From an uncultured Gemmatimonadota bacterium (GTDB lineage: Bacteria; Blakebacterota; Blakebacteria; Blakebacterales; Blakebacteraceae), in the NCBI GenBank assembly GCA_964576115.1, contig CAZNUA010000011.1, positions 1-64,000 on the forward strand: a stretch of DNA of 64,000 nucleotides. Direction: 5' to 3'. Each line of letters starts with the position of its first letter. The stretch's first letter is position 1. Positions 58,305 through 64,000 of this stretch are shown in pieces. Both the position numbers and the translations under genes were made by a program. Below the pieces are notes generated by a model that saw nothing but the letters and a program-made list of their open reading frames with translations, ran no database searches and was not told where the DNA came from.

Positions 58305-60364
58305 CTCCCCTCTCCGTCATCGCCCGCATCGGGATCGATGATTGCCCTCACGGTGACGAAAGCCTTGACGAAGATGCGATCCGATTTGGCAACCTTGAAA
58401 GGTTCGGTCCCGGTAGGTGGTATCGTGATCCGCATCCCCGACCAGTACGGCTCCAGCAACGCCTGCCACTGATCACGGGTCAGCGTCACGACCGTGTCCT
58501 GAGCCGTAGCGGCATTGGGCTGGAAGGTGAGCACCAGATCCACATCGGGATCGGTGAAAACCAGTCCCGAGTCGGCCGCGGTGGTGTACCGGGCGGTAAT
58601 CCCCAGCCCCAGTGTGCTGGCGAAGCGGTAGGTGATCGAAGCCTCCTGGAAGGTGACGACATCTTCCTCGACATCGATCCCCTCGGCCTGGAACTCCTTG
58701 TCGAGTTCGATGCTGATGGGTTGATCGATATTGAAGCTCAGGGGAGTGGAGAAGGCGATCTCGGCCTCGACCCAGGAAGTACTCGACAGCGTCCCCGGTG
58801 TCACCCCGTCCCCGACCGTTACCGAGCCCGAATAGCTGATCTCCTCGGGAAAAGCGTTGAGGAAAGTGAGCAGGGCCGAATCATCGCCGAAGCTGAGGGT
58901 GCTGGTGTCGGGTGCGGCCTCCGAACCCGGCTGCAGGTCGAAGGTGATGTCGAGATTGACCGGATCGGGCGTCCCCCCGGTGCCGACCAGGTGCAGCTCG
59001 AGGTGGGCGGGAAAACCGATGGTATGGACCACGGTGATGTCGAGGTCGACATCGGCCAGCGAAATCTTGCGCAGCTCGTCGAGCAGATTGCCCGAGTCTT
59101 CGGCCAGGCTGAAGCTGTCGGCCGGCACGTCGACCGTAGTGGCGTCGAGGGTACCCGTGACCGACTGCAAAACCAGTTCGGAGAGCAGGGCTCGGACGGA
59201 GACCGAATCCTGGGCCGAGAGCGTCACCTGCGATCCATAGGAGCCGGGGGAGTCGACGGTCACATTGAGGGCGAGGGTCTGGTTGCCCGCACCAACGCCA
59301 TCTGGTGTCAGGGTAACATCGGTCAGATCGCGGCTCTCGCTCTGGGTCTGTCCGGCTGGGATGGCCAGGTTGAAGTTGAGCGGATCGCCCCAGTAATCGA
59401 CCAGGTTGGGCAGGCTGACCACGAGATTCAGATCGATGGGGAGCTGGTTGTCCAGGCTCAGGGTCAGGTCGCCGCCCCCCAGGGTGGCGCTGGTGATCGA
59501 GGCATCACCGGGCAGGGTGACCGTTTCGCTGAAAGGGAAGCTGATTGGATCCACCTGGGCAGTGGCCATAGCGACGGTCAGAGCGCTGAATTCCACCTCG
59601 ACATCGATGCCCTCATCCCCATCGAAGTACATCGTTTCGCCGCTCGACGATCCGTAGAGCTCGATCGAGAGATCGTTGCTCAGGCTCAGGCCGTCGAGGA
59701 TGACGGGGATGATGTGGATCTCACCGTCCGTCAGAACGTCGGTCCCGCCGGCGGTGACATCGATATCCACGACCAGGGTGTCGCCGGCGGCATCATCGAG
59801 CAGCTTCACGCCCATGATCTCGAAGGGTACTTCGGTCCGGTTGGTCACCCGTACCGACATGGTGCCGGAATCGATCGTGACATGGGTGAAGGAGCTGAGC
59901 GAGGGGATGTCCTGGGTCAGACCGGCCGGTATCGAGAACGGGGGAATGATCACCTGCTGAGGCGGCAGTCCGACCAGGATGGGGTAGATCTGGTCGAACT
60001 GGACCGTGGCCGAGACCGCCGGGGCGGCGGGTACGGTAAAGGAACCGATTGACTGCGCCACCGACTCGTCGAGCCCGTCAATGGTAATGTCCTCGCCCAT
60101 CTCGATCCGGTCGAGGCTTTCCTCGAAATCGATGGTGTAGACGCTGTCGAGTCCGACCGTTTCGAAATCCTCGTCATCGAATAGATCGACCAGATCGATC
60201 CACTGATTGAGCAGAGGAATGTTGTACTCGACCTCCCACGAGGGAGCGGTCGGCTCTTTGGGCATCGTGCAGGCTGTCGTGAGCAGCACGAGGACGGGAA
60301 GGACGACGACAGATATACGTCGACCTGCGCCCTGTTCGGCGCGCGCGCTGGGAACTCTGCGCAT
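58301..60364 (-). CDS. Large acidic beta-rich lipoprotein
   Basis: Lipobox TTAC, PSWEVEYNIPL, repeated beta modules; GGAG RBS; coupled to the barrel gene. Confidence 0.75.
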   Translation of the reverse strand: MRRVPSARAEQGAGRRISVVVLPVLVLLTTACTMPKEPTAPSWEVEYNIPLLNQWIDLVDLFDDEDFETVGLDSVYTIDFEESLDRIEMGEDITIDGLDESVAQSIGSFTVPAAPAVSATVQFDQIYPILVGLPPQQVIIPPFSIPAGLTQDIPSLSSFTHVTIDSGTMSVRVTNRTEVPFEIMGVKLLDDAAGDTLVVDIDVTAGGTDVLTDGEIHIIPVILDGLSLSNDLSIELYGSSSGETMYFDGDEGIDVEVEFSALTVAMATAQVDPISFPFSETVTLPGDASITSATLGGGDLTLSLDNQLPIDLNLVVSLPNLVDYWGDPLNFNLAIPAGQTQSESRDLTDVTLTPDGVGAGNQTLALNVTVDSPGSYGSQVTLSAQDSVSVRALLSELVLQSVTGTLDATTVDVPADSFSLAEDSGNLLDELRKISLADVDLDITVVHTIGFPAHLELHLVGTGGTPDPVNLDITFDLQPGSEAAPDTSTLSFGDDSALLTFLNAFPEEISYSGSVTVGDGVTPGTLSSTSWVEAEIAFSTPLSFNIDQPISIELDKEFQAEGIDVEEDVVTFQEASITYRFASTLGLGITARYTTAADSGLVFTDPDVDLVLTFQPNAATAQDTVVTLTRDQWQALLEPYWSGMRITIPPTGTEPFKVAKSDRIFVKAFVTVRAIIDPDAGDDGEGR

Positions 60365-60482
60365 GCTTACTCCTCATCGTTGATCCCAGGGATTCAGACC
60401 CGGAACCGCTACAGGGGGTGGCGGCTGGCCGCATTAAAAATAACGCCAAACACCGGAGAACGGCAACCGCCAGTCTTATTGG

Positions 60483-60497
60483 TATTAATTATTAATA
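60483..60497. promoter_or_regulatory. AT-only 7-1-7 palindrome; possible operator
   Basis: TATTAAT-T-ATTAATA inside an AT-rich patch about 120 bp upstream of the lipoprotein. Confidence 0.45.
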
Positions 60498-60547
60498 AAT
60501 ATTGCCGAGAAAAGCGACTCTCGAATGCAGCCTGAAGCGACCGCCCC

Positions 60548-63027
<2,480 letters not shown>

Positions 63028-63184
63028 GCGTACATCCCGTTCGTTGGGGCCGGCAGAGTGGTATTGCGGCGCCCGATACCTGGTGGGGCGGTGATCGTTT
63101 CTAAAGAACATTCTCCGGCGACGCAGGTCAAACCCCGGCTCGCCGTCCGGCTTGCGACCGGTCGGCTCCGGTCTGCCGGGGAAT

Positions 63185-64000
63185 TCAGCCCGAGGAATCC
63201 GGCAGGACCGGACCGGCGCCGTCGACGGCGAACATCGCGGTAAAGGCCTGCACCCGTTCGGCCAGGTCGGCGGGTCCGACCCCGAGCAGACCCGAGAGGC
63301 TGAAGTCTTCGACGGTAAAGGAAGCCAGGACGCTGCCCACCATCAGACCGTGACGGACCGTGGCCGGCGTGACCTCTCCGCGCCAAGCCAGGTATCCGAA
63401 GAACCCGCCGGCGAAGGTATCCCCGGCACCGGTGGGATCGACCACGCGCTCGAGCGGCCAGGCGGGTAGAAAGAATAGGTCGTCGGCATGCCAGAGCACC
63501 GCGCCGTACTCGCCCCGCTTGACGATGATATAGTCGGGGCCGAGCCGGGCGGCGGACCTGATGGCCCGCAGCAGGTTCTGTTCCCCGGAGAACTGGCGGA
63601 TCTCCGCCTCGTTCATGGTCAGGCAGTGCACCCGGCCGACGAGTTCAGTGAGGGCCTCGATCTCACCGTCGATCCAGAAGTTCATGGTATCGGCCCCGAT
63701 AAAGGCCGCCTCCGAAACCATGTCGACGACCTGCAGTTGCAGGCGCGGGTGGATATTCGCCAGAAAGACAAACGGCGTATCCTCCCATCCTGCGGGCAGT
63801 TTCGGCTCGAAGGTCTCGAATACGTTCAATTGAGTGTCATATGTGACAGCCTGGTTGAGATCCGTCTCGTAACCTCCTGCCCAACGGAAGGTTCTTCCCG
63901 GAGCCGTCTCCAGCCCGCCCAGGTCGATACCCCGTCCGCGGAGCAGTTCGACGTGATCGGGGGGGAAATCCCGGCCCACCACGGCCACCATCCCGACCCG
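63185..64000 (-). CDS. PfkB-family kinase, 5' end outside the window
   Basis: [33 protein letters not shown]. Confidence 0.92.
   Translation of the reverse strand, partial: RVGMVAVVGRDFPPDHVELLRGRGIDLGGLETAPGRTFRWAGGYETDLNQAVTYDTQLNVFETFEPKLPAGWEDTPFVFLANIHPRLQLQVVDMVSEAAFIGADTMNFWIDGEIEALTELVGRVHCLTMNEAEIRQFSGEQNLLRAIRSAARLGPDYIIVKRGEYGAVLWHADDLFFLPAWPLERVVDPTGAGDTFAGGFFGYLAWRGEVTPATVRHGLMVGSVLASFTVEDFSLSGLLGVGPADLAERVQAFTAMFAVDGAGPVLPDSSG

Noticed and set aside
63028-63184. SAM or SAH riboswitch upstream of metK
   Set aside because: No SAM-I/II or SAH consensus that I can recognise, only a short GGTAT/ATACC stem; an Rfam scan is needed to exclude it fully.

Overview
The window has two parts. 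(1) Positions 1-~6050 are the right end of a compact integrated mobile element with phage-satellite (PICI-like) organisation. It abuts an orphan 5' half of tRNA-Asn(GTT) that stops exactly at the end of the anticodon loop. It carries att-arm-like repeats, an AT-rich lipoprotein + TIR cargo pair, an excisionase-type HTH, a DnaB-N/SF4-helicase/wHTH replication protein with 12 iteron-like hexamers in its 3' end, two tandem DUF2280 (small-terminase-like) paralogs and a 28-bp XerC/D dif-like site. No integrase or capsid gene is visible; the element runs off the left edge. (2) Positions ~6190-64000 are GC-rich housekeeping DNA of a diderm bacterium, probably a non-Bacteroidota member of the FCB superphylum (inference from SprA together with sigma70-type promoters and strong Shine-Dalgarno sites). 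It holds ctpA, tmk, rsmI, a split NAD synthetase, ssb, a permease-less PTS set, hprK-hpf-rpoN, lptABC/lptFG, kdsABCD, pyrG, gatC, pcrA, a LysM protein, PMM/PGM, an Rsb partner-switching trio, coaD/rsmD, comEA with pilin-like and PilM-like genes, an M28 lipoprotein, sprA, a YtrA-type ABC operon with its operator, an NSS transporter, an outer-membrane barrel + lipoprotein pair, ahcY, metK and a PfkB kinase. All product calls come from motif recognition by eye; no searches were run.
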